Source: Leucoraja ocellata (taxonomy: Eukaryota). From it: a DNA stretch of 64,000 nt. The notes under the pieces were generated by a model. That model did no database searches, had not been told where the DNA came from, and was given only the letters and a program-made list of their open reading frames with translations. Where the stretch lies: contig JAWMAR010000009.1 in assembly GCA_036785375.1 (NCBI GenBank), positions 16,554,001 to 16,618,000 on the forward strand, read 5' to 3'. The translations under genes were made by a program, and so were the position numbers. Below are positions 11,399 through 24,624 of this stretch, piece by piece; within the stretch, counting starts at the first letter, position 1, and each line of letters begins with the position of its first letter.

Positions 11399-13332
11399 TG
11401 GACAAAATACTTGGAAGGGTAAGTCCTGCCCTGGATTTTTTTTTTCCCATCCAACAAAGAGAGAGGAGTCAGGCTTTAGTTAAATGTCCCACAAGAGAAG
11501 CAGCACCTCTGACCATGTGGCTTTGTCCGAAGAAGGGTCCTGACCCAAAACGTTGCCTGTCCATTCCCTCCGCAGATGTTGCCTGACCCACTGAGTTACT
11601 CCAACACTTTATGATTCAGTTCCTTGTGTTTCCTCTATTGTTCATTTGTGTCAGCCTAGATTTTGGCTGTCAAGTTGCTAAAACGGGATTTGAATGACTA
11701 GCAATTGACTCAGTGGCAAATAGTCGGACACAGTGATCAGCAACTGAATTCTAATTGGAATAGAAATGAACACCCTACGCAGCTCAGTATTGTAAATGGA
11801 GATGTTATGTCGGAATTAATAGGTCGTTGATCGGAAATTTAATATAATAAAGGTAAACAAAAGACTGGATTATATGAGGTGAGCAGGTGAGAGGGTATTT
11901 AAAGAGGGAGAAACAAACTCAACATTTCAGTTCAATAGTCTTATAGGATGTTAATTCTACTTTTGTCTTCATAGATCCTTCTTGACTAGCTGAGTAATTT
12001 TATAATATTCATATTTTTATTTCAGATAGCCAGCATCTTGTGGATGATTTATGCAGATGTTTTAAGTCCTGTGTAATGCATACATTTATTATTAATAATG
12101 TATATTTTTAATTCTTATTTGAGAAATATGCCAAATGTCATGATTATTTTACATGTACAATGCTTCTGTACATGTAAAATGTGCGATGTTAATGTCGGAG
12201 ATGACTGAGTTCCTTTACCCACTTAGATCGTAATTTCTAAGGAAATTATGTTACAATTAATTTAACACTATACACTAACACTCTTTCTCTCACTCTTTGA
12301 ACAGACGTAGGCACATGCACAGACACGGAGACAGACACACGGCCTCACNNNNNNNNNNNNNNNNNNNNNNNNNNNNNNNNNNNNNNNNNNNNNNNNNNNN
12401 NNNNNNNNNNNNNNNNNNNNNNNNNNNNNNNNNNNNNNNNNNNNNNNNNNNNNNNNNNNNNNNNNNNNNNNNNNNNNNNNNNNNNNNNNNNNNNNNNNNN
12501 NNNNNNNNNNNNNNNNNNNNNNNNNNNNNNNNNNNNNNNNNNNNNNNNNNNNNNNNNNNNNNNNNNNNNNNNNNNNNNNNNNNNNNNNNNNNNNNNNNNN
12601 NNNNNNNNNNNNNNNNNNNNNNNNNNNNNNNNNNNNNNNNNNNNNNNNNNNNNNNNNNNNNNNNNNNNNNNNNNNNNNNATCCCATGCACACACATACAC
12701 ATACGCAGACACACATATACGNNNNNNNNNNNNNNNNNNNNNNNNNNNNNNNNNNNNNNNNNNNNNNNNNNNNNNNNNNNNNNNNNNNNNNNNNNNNNNN
12801 NNNNNNNNNNNNNNNNNNNNNNNNNNNNNNNNNNNNNNNNNNNNNNNNNNNNNNNNNNNNNNNNNNNNNNNNNNNNNNNNNNNNNNNNNNNNNNNNNNNN
12901 NNNNNNNNNNNNNNNNNNNNNNNNNNNNNNNNNNNNNNNNNNNNCATCAAAGACTGAAAAGGCCCGGTGCAGGAATCAGAAAATGTTGTGCAAGGCTGCA
13001 TAAAATAAACTGAAAATCCCGGATACGTAATGGAATGTTAGCCTTAAATTTAAAGAACTGAAGTTCCTTAAGAACTGAACAGAGAGTGGTGAGTCTGTGG
13101 AATTCTCTGCCTCAGAGGGTGGTGGAGGCCGGATCTCTGGATGCTTTCAAGAGAGAGCTAGATAGGGCTCTTAAAAATAGCGGAGTCAGGGGATATGGGG
13201 AGAAGGCAGGAATGATTGGGGATGATCAGCCATGATCACGTTGAATGGCGGTGCTGGTTCGAAGGGCCAAACGGCCTACTCACGTACCTATTGTCTATTG
13301 TCTATTGTCTAAAACTTTCAAAATAATATTTT

Positions 13333-13675
13333 GATTTCCCGATGGCCCAGCACTTCAACTCCCTCTCCCATTTCCAATCTGACTTTTCTGTCCTTGGGCC
13401 TCCTCCGTTATCAGAGAGGCATAGCACAAATTGGAGGAACAGCACCTCATATTTTGCGTGGGTAGTTTACACCCCAGTGGTATGAACATTGACTTCTCTA
13501 ACTTCAGATAGCCCTTGCTTTCTCTCTCCATCCCCTTCCCCATCCCATTTCTCCCACTAGTCTTACTGTCTCCGCCTACATTCTATCTTTGTCCCGCCCC
13601 CTCCCCTGACATTCCTTCTCTCCAGAGCTGCTGCCTCACCCGCTGAGTTACTCCAGCATTGTGTGCCTACCTTCG
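13333..13675 (+). mobile_element. Penelope-like element 3' fragment: GIY-YIG endonuclease C-terminus plus 3' repeat
   Basis: Frameshifted FPMAQHFNSLSHFQSDFSVLG...KLEEQHLIFCVGSLHPSGMNIDFSNFR* (TAG 13509-13511). It continues into the ccttctctccagag...gctgagttactccagc repeat found throughout the window. Confidence 0.8.
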
Positions 13676-14169
13676 AAGGAATAGCATGCAACAAATGCTT
13701 TTCACCGTAACTCACTGCACATGACAATAAACTAAACTAAACTAAACTGAACTAAATAAAACATGCTGGAGATACTCAGCAGGTCAGGCAGCATCTGTGG
13801 AGAGAGTTAACAAATAATGACCCTTTATCAGAAATGAATTCTATTGGGGTGCCTCTTGCAGTTTCTGCTTATTTCCTTATTTCCAGAATCTGCAGTTAAA
13901 AAAAAAAAAATATATATATATATATCTGATTGCAGTCAACTTAAAACATGTAATCTTGTTACTTATTGGAAACAGTGAGTTCCCAAAACATTCGAGGTGT
14001 TTATTAATCTGCAGAAAACTGTGAAATGTGCTTTTCTCTCTATGATATGTTACTGCTCTTCACACAGAACAACCTCATCTGCTCCAGTTTAGCTTGATGC
14101 TCTTGTCCACACACTGACACGGCCAATCTGAAGTGGTTTTTATAAGCTGGAAAGGGTGCAGAGAAGATT

Positions 14170-14756
14170 TAGGTTATGTGATAGGAACAGAATTGGGCCA
14201 TTCGGCCTATCAAGTCTACTCCGCCATTCAATCATGGCTGATCTATCTTTCCCTCCTAACCCCATTCTCCTGCCTTCTTCCCATGACCCCTGACAGCCGC
14301 CCTGATCAAGAATCTATCTATCTCTGCCTTAAAAATATCCATTGACTTGGCCTCCACAACCTTATGTGGCAACAAATCCCACAGATTCACCACCGTCTGA
14401 CTCAAGAAATTCCTCTGGGGGGGGGGGGGGGGGGGGGGGGGGGAGGGGGAGGGGATGGGAGGGAGGGGGAGGGGAGGGAGGGGGAGGGGAGGGAGGGTGG
14501 AAGTTTTAATACAAACCGGAGGGGAAACTTTTTTATACAAAACAATAATAGAATGAGCTGCTGAAGGAGTAGATGAGGCAGGCACTATCACAGCATTTAA
14601 TAACCAATTGGACAGGTGCATGGACAGGATAGGGTTAGAGGAATATAGGGCGAAACGTAGGCAGGTGGGACTAGTGTAGATGGGACATGTTGGGTGGTAT
14701 GGGCAAGTTGGGCCGAAGGGCCTGTTTCCATGCTGTAAGACTCTATGACTCCATAA
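14170..14756. mobile_element. Two divergent CR1 3' fragments joined by a poly-G/(GGGA)n tract (14417-14500)
   Basis: Minus-strand tail at 14170-14415, plus-strand tail at 14500-14756. Confidence 0.75.
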
Positions 14757-14964
14757 CATAGAAACAAGGAAATGCAGGCACTGGTTTACCAAGAGTGACT
14801 CAGCGGGTCAGGCAGCATCCCTGGAGAACATGGATAGGTGACGTTTTGGGTCAGGAACCTTCTTCAAACTGATTGCAAAGGTGGGAGGAAAGAAAGCTGT
14901 ACGTTTGGAGGAGCAGGACAAAGCATAGCTGGTCATAGGTGAACACAGGCTGCTGGGAAGAATC

Positions 14965-15210
14965 TGGAGGTGTGCGTTTTCACACTTCTATACCTTTTGC
15001 CTGATGGGAGAGGGAGAAGAGGGAGTGGTCAGGGTGCGACTCATCCTTTGATGATACTGCCGGCCTTGCCGAGGCAGAGTGAGGTGTAGATGGAGTCAAT
15101 AGAATGGAGGTTGGTTTGTGTGATGGTCCGGGCTGCGACCACAATTTGCCGCAATTCCTTGGGGTTTCTGGTTGGAGCTGTTCCCAAACCAACCCGATAA
15201 AATGCTTTCT
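14965..15210 (-). mobile_element. Rex1/Babar-like LINE fragment
   Basis: KDESHPDHSLFSL motif; similar to the 44.8-kb copy. Confidence 0.7.
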
Positions 15211-15419
15211 GAAGACACAACCTCCTGTCCTGTTGCTGAGGAAATCAAAGGAAATCTTTCAAGGGAATCTACTTGTCTATCATTGCACAACTCTCCACCG
15301 CGTTTCCAATGTAGGCTGCAAGATTTTACATTGCTGATTCGTAACAGAAAGAGGGAAGGGGAAAGATGAAAAACAGAGAGGGAGGGGAAGGTCCAATCAT
15401 CCTGCAAGGTAGAGACATG

Positions 15420-15642
15420 TTAATAATAATAATAATAATAATCTTATTTATATAGCACATTTTAGTCAACTTGCATTGACCCCAAAGTGCTTCACATAAT
15501 TACATTACATTTTACACACAGGCAAAGGGGTGGGTGAAGTGTCTTGCCCCAAGGACACAACGACAGTATGCACTCCAAGCGGGATTCGAACCGGCTACCT
15601 TCCGGTCGCTAGCCGAACACTTAGCCCATTGCGCCATCTGTC
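15420..15642 (-). mobile_element. Compact CORE-type tRNA-SINE with an L2-like tail
   Basis: Minus strand: box A TGGCGCAATGGG, box B GGTTCGAATCC, CORE motif GTGTCCTTGGGGCAAGACACTT, tail gtgctatataataaga(TTA)n. Confidence 0.75.
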
Positions 15643-15671
15643 TCTGCGCCAGCAGAGCTGAAAGATGCTTA

Positions 15672-15961
15672 AGGGCCTGTCCCACTTACGTGATTTGTTT
15701 CGGCGATAGCCGCAGCAGGTCGCCGAAAAATGTCAAAATGTTGATAATCCAGCGGCGATCAGAAAAAGGTACGACTCTTTGGGCGACTACTCACGACCGT
15801 ACAGGTGTCACCGCACGATATGTATGGTCGCGACTAGTCGCCCAAAGAGTTGTACCTTTTTCTGATCGCTGCGGGATTTTCATCGTTTTGAAAATTTTCG
15901 GAGACCCGCTGCGACTATGACGGGTGCCGGCAGAAAAAAAAGCGCATGTCGGATAGGCCTC
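15672..15961. mobile_element. Related, largely palindromic Harbinger-type MITE
   Basis: Left end agggcctgtcccac, degenerate right end, TTA/TAA flanks. Long internal inverted repeat gcgatcagaaaaaggtacgactctttgggcgacta / tagtcgcccaaagagttgtacctttttctgatcgc. Confidence 0.75.
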
Positions 15962-17196
15962 TAAGTGTAGGAAGGAACTACAGGGTGCTGGTTTACACCG
16001 GAGATAGACACAAAACGCTGGAGTAACTCAGCGGGACAGGCAGCATCTCTGGAGTGAAGGAATGGGTGATGTTTCGGGTCGAGACCCTTCTTCAGTCTGA
16101 AGGCCCGACCCAAAACGTCACCCATTCTGCCTGTTCCGCTGATTTACTCCAGCATTTTGTGTCCATCTTCGGAAGATACTAAGGATTGGTTACGTGGAAA
16201 AACACTGAAACAGAGAGTCAATGGCTCTGCGCAGTTTGATTTCAATCTTAGCTTGACTTTGAAGCGGTTTGACATTCAGGTACTCGATGGCAGACTCTTC
16301 AATCATGACATTTGCATTTATACTGATCAAGATGTCGAATCCCCTACCCTACACCTCACTCTACGCCCCTACTCAGCCCACAAGCTGTACGATACAGGAA
16401 TTGAAGGCAGACACCATTTGCACTTTGTTAACCCTTTGATACCTGGTACCTATCCCCAACCATCAACATTAAGGGACAGAAGTTTAGGGGTAACATGAGG
16501 GGGAACTTCTTTACTCAGAGAGTGGTAGCGGTGTGGAATGAGCTTCCAGTGGAAGTGGTGGAGGCAGGTTCATTGGTATCATTTAAAAAATAAATGGATA
16601 GGCATATGGATGAGAAGGGAATGGAGGGTTATGGTATGAGTGCAGGCAGGTGGGACTAAGGGAAAAAAAGTTGATCGGCACGGACTTGTAGGGCCGAGAT
16701 GGCCTGTTTCCGTGCTGTAATTGTTATATGGTTATATGGTTATATCACAAAACACCTTTCGCAGCTAAGGTCAGCAGCAATACAGAGTGTGAAGAAGGGT
16801 CTCGACCCGAAACGTCACCCATTCCTTCTCTCCAGAGATGCTGCCTGTCCCGCTGAGTTACTCGCCAGCTTTTTGTGGCTATCTCCGGTTTAAACCAGCA
16901 GTTCCTTCCGATACATTTTCTGCTCTTCTCAATGCTACATTGTAGAATTTCAAGTTAATTTTGTTGAAAAGAAAATCCTGACATGAATATAAGTGATGTT
17001 TGAATAATGTTAGGAATCCAGACACCTTCCCACAGCGATACCTTACACAGTCAGAATCTTGTACGTGCAACATCTCAGATTGATGACGTCTCAGTCTGCT
17101 CGACTATCCAGGAGCTTTGTTGCTTTTGCACATCTTTCATTTATTGATTCTATTTCCATTCTAAACCTCTCATTCCCCTTTCCCCTGACTCTCAGC

Positions 17197-17224
17197 CTGA
17201 TGAAGGGTCTCGACCCGAAACGTC
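17197..17224 (+). ncRNA. Minimal type-I hammerhead ribozyme motif in a Penelope-derived repeat
   Basis: CTGATGA-A-GGGT-CTCG-ACCC-GAAA-CGTC: canonical core, stem II, palindromic ACGT stem III and GTC cleavage triplet. Stem I pairing is poor. Confidence 0.65.
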
Positions 17225-17369
17225 ACCTATCCCCTTTCTCCAGGCTGATCGCTGGTCAGCACAGCCTTGGCGGGCAGAATGGCCTGTTTCCACGCTGGAT
17301 CTCTACAGCCTAAATGGGGTGCCTTGACTTTCTGACCCGTAGGACCACAACCAGTAAAGAGAGGCAACA

Positions 17370-18190
17370 TAATTCTCATCACTCGGTGCCCGCAAGGCTG
17401 CGTTCTCAGCCCCTTGCTATGCACTCACGACAGTGTGGCCATATTCTGCTCTGACTCCATTTACATGCTTGCAGGTCACACCATTGTAGTGGGCAAGACC
17501 TCAAACAAAAATGAGAACAGGAAGGAAATAGCGAGCTTAGTAGCATAGTGTCAAGACAACATCTTCTCCCTGAATGTCAATACCACAAAGAAGATGGTCA
17601 TCGACTACAGGAAGTGGGGTGGAGGGCACACCCCATGTCTGTATCACTTGTGTTGGAGATGGTCGAGAGCTACAAGTAAATATCGCCAACAATTTGTTGT
17701 GGTCTAATTAGAAACATAGAAAATAGGTGCAGGAGTAGGCCATTCGGCCCTTCGAGCCTGCACCGCCATTCAATAGGATCATGGCTGATCATCCAAATCA
17801 ATATCCCATACCTGCCTTCTCTCCATACCCCCTGATCCCTTTAGCCACAAGGGCCACATCTAACTCCCTCTTAAATATAGCCAATGTACTGGCCTCAACT
17901 ACCTTCTGTGGCAGAGAATTCCACAGATTGGTTTGGGTAATGGTCTGGCTTGCTATGGCAATTGCTCTGCCCAAGAGCACATGAAGTTGTGAGCGCAACC
18001 CAGCCTAGTCCACTGTGAAAACCAGCCTCCGCCATCATCAGCTCATCCATACATCACACTGCCTCGGAAGAGCAGCCAACATAATCAATGCCACTCACAC
18101 TTATTCTCTCTTCTCCCCACTTACATTGGACAGAAGATCCAACAATCTGAAAACAACCTACCACCAGTTTCAGGAACAGCTTCTTCCTTG
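17370..18190 (+). mobile_element. Degenerate Rex1/Babar-like RT fragment interrupted by a CR1 3' end (17710-17928, minus)
   Basis: PQGCVLSPLL-like DNA (cccgcaaggctgcgttctcagccccttg), LNVNTTKKMVIDYRK-like segment and an NSFF end. Confidence 0.6.
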
Positions 18191-18202
18191 ATTTGCCTGT
18201 AT

Positions 18203-18375
18203 AGCCATTAGCGAGTCTTCCCGAATACCTGCCGTTAGCGTTACGAGCTGCCAAGGGACGTCCCTGAGCTCCGACGTACCCGCTACGTTCATTCACCATG
18301 CTTACCACGAGTTTTGATTTTTTCTAAACTCAGGAGAGCTCTTGGAATGAACTCCGTACTGTGGGGACAGGGCTT
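18203..18375. mobile_element. Right half of the same MITE family
   Basis: gccattagcgagtcttcccgaatacctgccgttagcg...gtggggacagggctt. Confidence 0.8.
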
Positions 18376-18682
18376 TAGGTTTAATTTAGTGATACAGCAC
18401 AGAAGCGGGCCCCCTGGCCCACTGAGTCCACGCCGACCAGCAAACCCTGCACACTAACACTATCCTACACACACTCGGGACAATTATAATTTTTCCAAGC
18501 CAATTAACCTACAAACATGTACGCCTTTGGAGTGAGGGAGGAAACCGGAGCTCCTGGAGACAACTCAAGCAGGTCATGGGGAGAACGTACAAACTCCACA
18601 CAGGCAGCACCCGTAGTCAGGATTCGAACCCAGGTCTCTAGCGCTGTAAGGGGCAACTCTACCGCTGCACACACCGTGCCGG
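18376..18682 (-). mobile_element. HE1-like V-SINE
   Basis: Same head, core and tail. Confidence 0.8.
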
Positions 18683-20789
18683 CGTTATTTATTCAAGGAA
18701 GAACGAGTGATGCTCTTCGAATTTCATTTGTTGTCAAGTCAAGTCAAGTCAAGTTTATTTGTCACATACACATACGAGATGTGCAGTGAAATGAAAGTGG
18801 CAATGCTCGCGGACTTTTGTGCAAAAGACAAACAACAAAACAACCAAACAAATTATAAACACAATCATAACACACATATTCTTTTACATAATAAATAATG
18901 GAAGGAAAAACGTTCTGTAGAGTTAGTCCCTGGTGAGATAGGCGTTTACAGTCCGAATTGCCTGTGTGAAGAATTTTGAAATATTTCAACCTAAGAACAT
19001 ATGACCTGATAAGGCGCTATATTAATGCAAGTATCACTATTCCATCCAACTGTTGTGATTTAATGAGCAACAAACAGCACATCTGTTGGTTGAAAAGTGA
19101 TTAATCAACGGGAGAGAAATGCTGTTTGCAATTGAATTCAGTGTGAAAGAAAACGTCAATAAGACTGGTCATACATTGAACAAGAAGTTCGGAGTCTGGC
19201 TCACTGTTCAGTACGCCATGGTGCACTGGACAGGAGTCCTAAAAAGTTAATTTGCAAGTCGAATCCTTCGAATTGAATGATTGGGAATCCGCTCCCTCTG
19301 AGATGGGCAATGGACGATATTCTCAATGGATTTTTATGATGTGTGAATTTTTCCAGCTTCACTGCAGAGTTTTGGAGGAAACTTTCTCCCCAGCTTCTGG
19401 CTCCATGCTGTGCCCTTTTGGTGAAGAAAATCTAATGTTCCCCATCAGGATGTCACAAGAGCGTCTCCAAACGACTTTGAACACGAATGAAAAGCCTTAA
19501 ATGTATATTCTGGATGGTGCAACCGTCTGCATGTCTTTGTGGGAGCACAGCTCCGCAATTTGCAACTGAAAGGAATGAAACCAACAGCGATCCTGCAGCT
19601 GTGTCCAAATCCCCTGGGATGTGGTAGAGGGTGGGGGGTGGGGGACAGGATGTGTATGGGTGCCGCATGAAAGGGGACTCTGTAAAGTTCAGCAGTGCAA
19701 AAGGCCACATTGTGGACTCATCCAGGGTCTGATCCCAAATGTGAAGGCGATCAGTGACGGAAATAACATGAAGTAGACATAAGAAACTGCAGGTGCTGGT
19801 TTACAAAAAAAAACACAAAAATACTGGAGTAACTTAACGGTTGGCAGCATCTCTGGAAAATATGGATAAGCCATTTAGAACGGAGACGAGGAACCACTTT
19901 TGTCTCACAGAGAGTGGTGAATCTGTGGAATTCTCTGCCTCAGAGGGCGGTGGAGGCAGGTTCTCTGGATGCTTTCAAGAGAGAGCTCGATAGGGCTCTT
20001 AAATATAGCGGAGTCAGGCGATATGGGGAGAAGGCAGGAACGGGGTACTGATTGGGGATGATCAGCCATAATAACATTGAATGGCGGTGCTGGGCTTGAA
20101 GGGCCGAATGGCCTACTCCTGTGACCTATTGTCTATTGTCTATTGTCTATAGGTGATGTTATAGGTTGGGACAGAAGGATTCTGACCCGAAACATCATGG
20201 GGTCATACGATACGTTACGATGCGATGCGATAGACCTTTATTTATTTAGGAGGAAAATTGGTCTGTCAACCGTCACAAAACACAAGACACATGAAACATG
20301 ACATTAAAATGATGAAATTAAATTGATTAAATTAATTGAATGAATTAATACAGCCTGTAAACAGGTCTTTTGGCCCCCAACTTTGCCACGCTGACCAACA
20401 TGTCCCTAGTCTCTAGTCCCTATGCACCTAGTCTCTAGTCTCATGCCCCTAGTCTCTAGACACTAGTCTCACCTGCCTGTGTTAGACCTCCCCACCATCG
20501 AGAGATATATCCTCTCATTTTGTTGTCTCTGTACTGTACACTGACAATGACAATTAAAGTTGAATCTGAATCTGAAACTGATATCGGAGTCGCTGCCTCA
20601 AAACGGCAGCCAACATCATCAGAGACCCACACCATCCTGGCCACACGCTCATCTCACCACTGCCATCGGGAAGAAGGTACAGGAGCCTGAAAACTGTAAC
20701 ACCCAGGTTCAGGAACAGATTCTTCCCTGCATCTCATCACTAAACACTACAACCTCATATATTCTCTGAACATCAATAGACTATTATCA

Positions 20790-20835
<46 letters not shown>

Positions 20836-21801
20836 ATTATTGCACTATNNNNNNNNNNNNNNNNNNNNNNNNNNNNNNNNNNNNNNNNNNNNNNNNNNNN
20901 NNNNNNNNNNNNNNNNNNNNNNNNNNNNNNNNNNNNNNNNNNNNNNNNNNNNNNNNNNNNNNNNNNNNNNNNNNNNNNNNNNNNNNNNNNNNNNNNNNNN
21001 NNNACATATTGCACATGTTTCTCTCTCAATTATTATATTGTTTACAGTGTGCTATGTTTGCATATTCTGTTGTGCTGTAGCAAGTAAGCAGATGCTGAAA
21101 GATCGAAGGTACACAAAATTGCTGGAGAAACTCAGTGGGTGCAGCAGCGGGTGCAGCAGCATCTATGGAGTGAAGGAAATAGGCAACGTTTCGGGCCGAA
21201 ACCCTTCTTCATTGTTCTGTCTGGGACACATGACAATAAAACACTCTTGACTCTTGACTCCTTCTAAACCTACCCTNNNNNNNNNNNNNNNNNNNNNNNN
21301 NNNNNNNNNNNNNNNNNNNNNNNNNNNNNNNNNNNNNNNNNNNNNNNNNNNNNNNNNNNNNNNNNNNNNNNNNNNNNNNNNNNNNNNNNNNNNNNNNNNN
21401 NNNNNNNNNNNNNNNNNNNNNNNNNNNNNNNNNNNNNNNNNNNNNNNNNNNNNNNNNNNNNNNNNNNNNNNNNNNNAAGATAGGCACAAAATGCTGGAGT
21501 GCCTCAGCAGGACAGGCAGCATCTCTGGAGAGAAGGAATGGGTGACGTTTCGGGACGAGACCCTTCTTTTCTCTCTCTCTCTCTCGCAAAACAGTTAAAA
21601 GGTGGGGAAACGTACACAGCCAAACACGTTGACATCATTGGATGAAGATGGATTGAGGATGTAGTCAAATCTTTAAGATGATTACTGGGACGGATAATAA
21701 AGACACAAAGAAGATTGTTAACTCATACCCTTGGAGCACCAGGATGTGAATATAAAATAAATGGTTGGGAATCAGAAGAATATTTCCTTCCTGCGGAGAC
21801 G

Positions 21802-22935
21802 TAGACATGGGGCTTCATCTTGTGAAATGTAGTTAGTGCTGAGTTGATGAGTTGGGTTCTAAAGAATAGCTGAACGTTATGTGAATTATCATAGACAGAT
21901 GATCAATACTCCATAAAACTGTGTAGCTCCAGTCCTGATGTAAACTCCGTTCTCATAAAATACAGGGCAACTGGTTTACACTGTGTTGCATGCACTGTTC
22001 AACCATAGATCTTTTAAGCTGCAACCTCTCTATTTGTTTATTTCCATTGCTATGCAAGCAGTTCTGAAGCTGGATATAAGGCTTGGATAGAATGAATGGG
22101 AAGATGATGTTTCCACTAGTGGGAGAGTCTAGGACCAGAGGGCACAGCCTCAGAATAAAAGGACGCACCTTAAGAAAGGAGATGAGGGGGAATTTCTTTG
22201 GTCAGAGGGTGGTGAATCTGTTGACGTTATTGCCAGAGAAGGCTGTGGGGGACGTCAATGGATATTTTTAAGGCAGGGATAGGCAGATTCTGAAGAAGGT
22301 TCTCGACCTGAAACGTCGCCCATTCCTTCTCTCCAAAGATGCTGCCTCACCCACTGAGTTACTCCAGCAATTTGTATCTACCTTAGACATGGAGCTTCAT
22401 GTTATGAAATGTAGTTAGTGCTGAGTTGATGAGGTGTGTTTTAAAGAGTAGCTGAACGCTATGTGAATTATCATAGACAGATGATCAATATTCCATAAAA
22501 CAGTGTAGTTCCAGTCCACTTGTGAACATTAAAGTGGCAAGATAAAATACATGCTAACTGGTTTAAACTGTGTTGTGTACACTGTTCAACCATAGATCTT
22601 TTAAGCTGCAACCTAACTATTTGTTTATTTCCATTGCTGTACAAGCAGTTATGAAGCTGGATCTGAGGCTTGGGAAAGTCTAGGACCAGAGACCATAGCC
22701 TCAGAATAAAAGGATATACCTTTAGAAAGGAAATTAGGAGGAATTTATTTGGTCAGAGGGTGGTGAATCTGTGTAATTTATTGCCACAGAAGGCTGTGGA
22801 GGATGTCAATGGATATTTTTAAGGCAGAGATAGACAGATTCTGAAGAAGGGTCTCGACCCGAAACGTCACCTATTCCTTCTCTCCAGAGATGCTGCCTGG
22901 CCCGCTGAGTTACTCCAGCTTTTTGTGTCTATCTT
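21802..22935 (+). repeat. Diverged tandem duplication, unit about 580 bp
   Basis: tagacatgg..cttcat..gaaatgtagttagtgctgagttgatgag at 21802 and 22384; both units carry the same CR1-Penelope junction. Confidence 0.9.
22841..22868 (+). ncRNA. Minimal hammerhead ribozyme motif (Penelope-associated)
   Basis: CTGAAGAAGGGTCTCGACCCGAAACGTC at the 5' end of a Penelope fragment inserted in a CR1. Confidence 0.6.
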
Positions 22936-24624
22936 CGATTTAAAACAGCATCTACAGTTCTTTATGAAACATGGGCAGATTCCTAATTAGTAGGGTTGTC
23001 AGGGGTTGTGGGGAGAAGGCAGGGTAATGGGGTTGAGATGGATAGATCAGCCATGATTGAATGGCAGAGTCGACGATGGGCCGAATGGCCTAATTGTACT
23101 CCTAGAACACATGAACTGTGTTGTAATTATATCACTGTTTCCCAGAATAAGTAACACTATTTTTTGGGAGTCAGGGAGATGAGTGGGAGACCTTTGCAGA
23201 GTTTATGGGTGGAGACCCTGGAACAATGTACATGCCTAGAAAACTATCAAAGCCACTATTTAAACTTACCTGCCAACCTTTCATTTTTTGCTGCTAATTT
23301 TGTTGCATCATATCTAGTGTCGAGTTATGCTTGTAATAAGGCTCGTACCACGACGTAAACAGAGTATACCTTCAATCTGTACAACAGCAGCAACCTCGTG
23401 TGCAAGCCCAGGCAACTCCTTAACTGCCCACACCCTGGGTTCCAGTCACATCCGGTTACTGGAGCCTGGCTTCTGGCACACAGGGTCCTAGTGCCCCTCT
23501 GCTCAGCCTTACACTATTATTGCATAATACCACATCTAGTTGTTAAGGAAGTGTTGGTGAAGAGAAGATAATTGTTAGACCTAGATATACCTTGTTGCCT
23601 ATTCTCTAACTGTGGAGAGGAGAGGAGATATTGGTGCGAAATCCACGTGCAGAGGAGAGGCCACTTACAGGGTAAAGTCTTTGTCTGAAGAAGGGTCTCG
23701 ACCCTAAACGTCACCAGTTCCTTCTCTCCAGAGATGCTGCCTGTCCCACTGAGTTACTCCAGCTTTTCGTGTCTATCTTCAGGGTTAATACTGATGCTTT
23801 CAAAGCACAACTCCAGTAGACCCTGTAAAACTTTTTACGTTCTCTACAAACTACTGAGCCATTTTGGTTTTGGGCATGTTTGGGTACCGAGACTTTGAAT
23901 ATTTCGCAAAACACAAAGTGTTGGTGGAACTCAGCGGATCAGGCAGCATCTGCGGAGGGAATGGACAGGGGACATCTCAGATCGGGAACCCTTCTTCAGT
24001 CTGTTCATTCCCTTCACGAATGCTGCCTGACCTGCTGAGTTCATCCGGCACTTTGTGTTGTGCTCAAGATTCCAGCATCTACAGTTTCACGCGCCTGGAA
24101 TATTTCCAGTACGCATCGATACAGTGCAGCAGGTGGGTCGGAAAGGGAAGTGTCAGCACAGTGTAACATCAGCGAGATGAGTGGGGTTATATTACAATGA
24201 CAGTGGCTTCCTATACTCCAGGGGTTATTCAGGTGTGTCAGAAAAGGGGGTGTAAACAAGACACTTGAAAATGAGCAGATGGGTGGAATGGATCAGAGGA
24301 AGAATTATGTGACTTTCAATATGATTGTGTTTCCCTTTTGATGACATGAAAGGCAGCACATCCTTCAGTTTCCCATACCGAATCGAGCCATGCCATTTGA
24401 TATACAATTCCAGTAAATAATTCAGACTGCAGAGATCTTAGTGATATAACCTTTAATTACAGCTACAGGCTGTCAACCTTGACATAGCAGTGGAAGTAAA
24501 ATATTCTGTCATTACTCATGGCATCCCCATTGAGAAGAACACATCTGAATATAGTCACCGGCTGGGCAAGCCGTTCCTTACTTAAAAATAAGTTGTGTCT
24601 ATCTCACTACCACCATCAGGCATC

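Noticed and set aside
14417-14500. Poly-G/C tracts (also 1102, 1577, 2511, 6538, 35200, 63934) as functional G-quadruplexes
   Set aside because: Simple homopolymer expansions, several inside repeats; lengths are unreliable and nothing indicates function.
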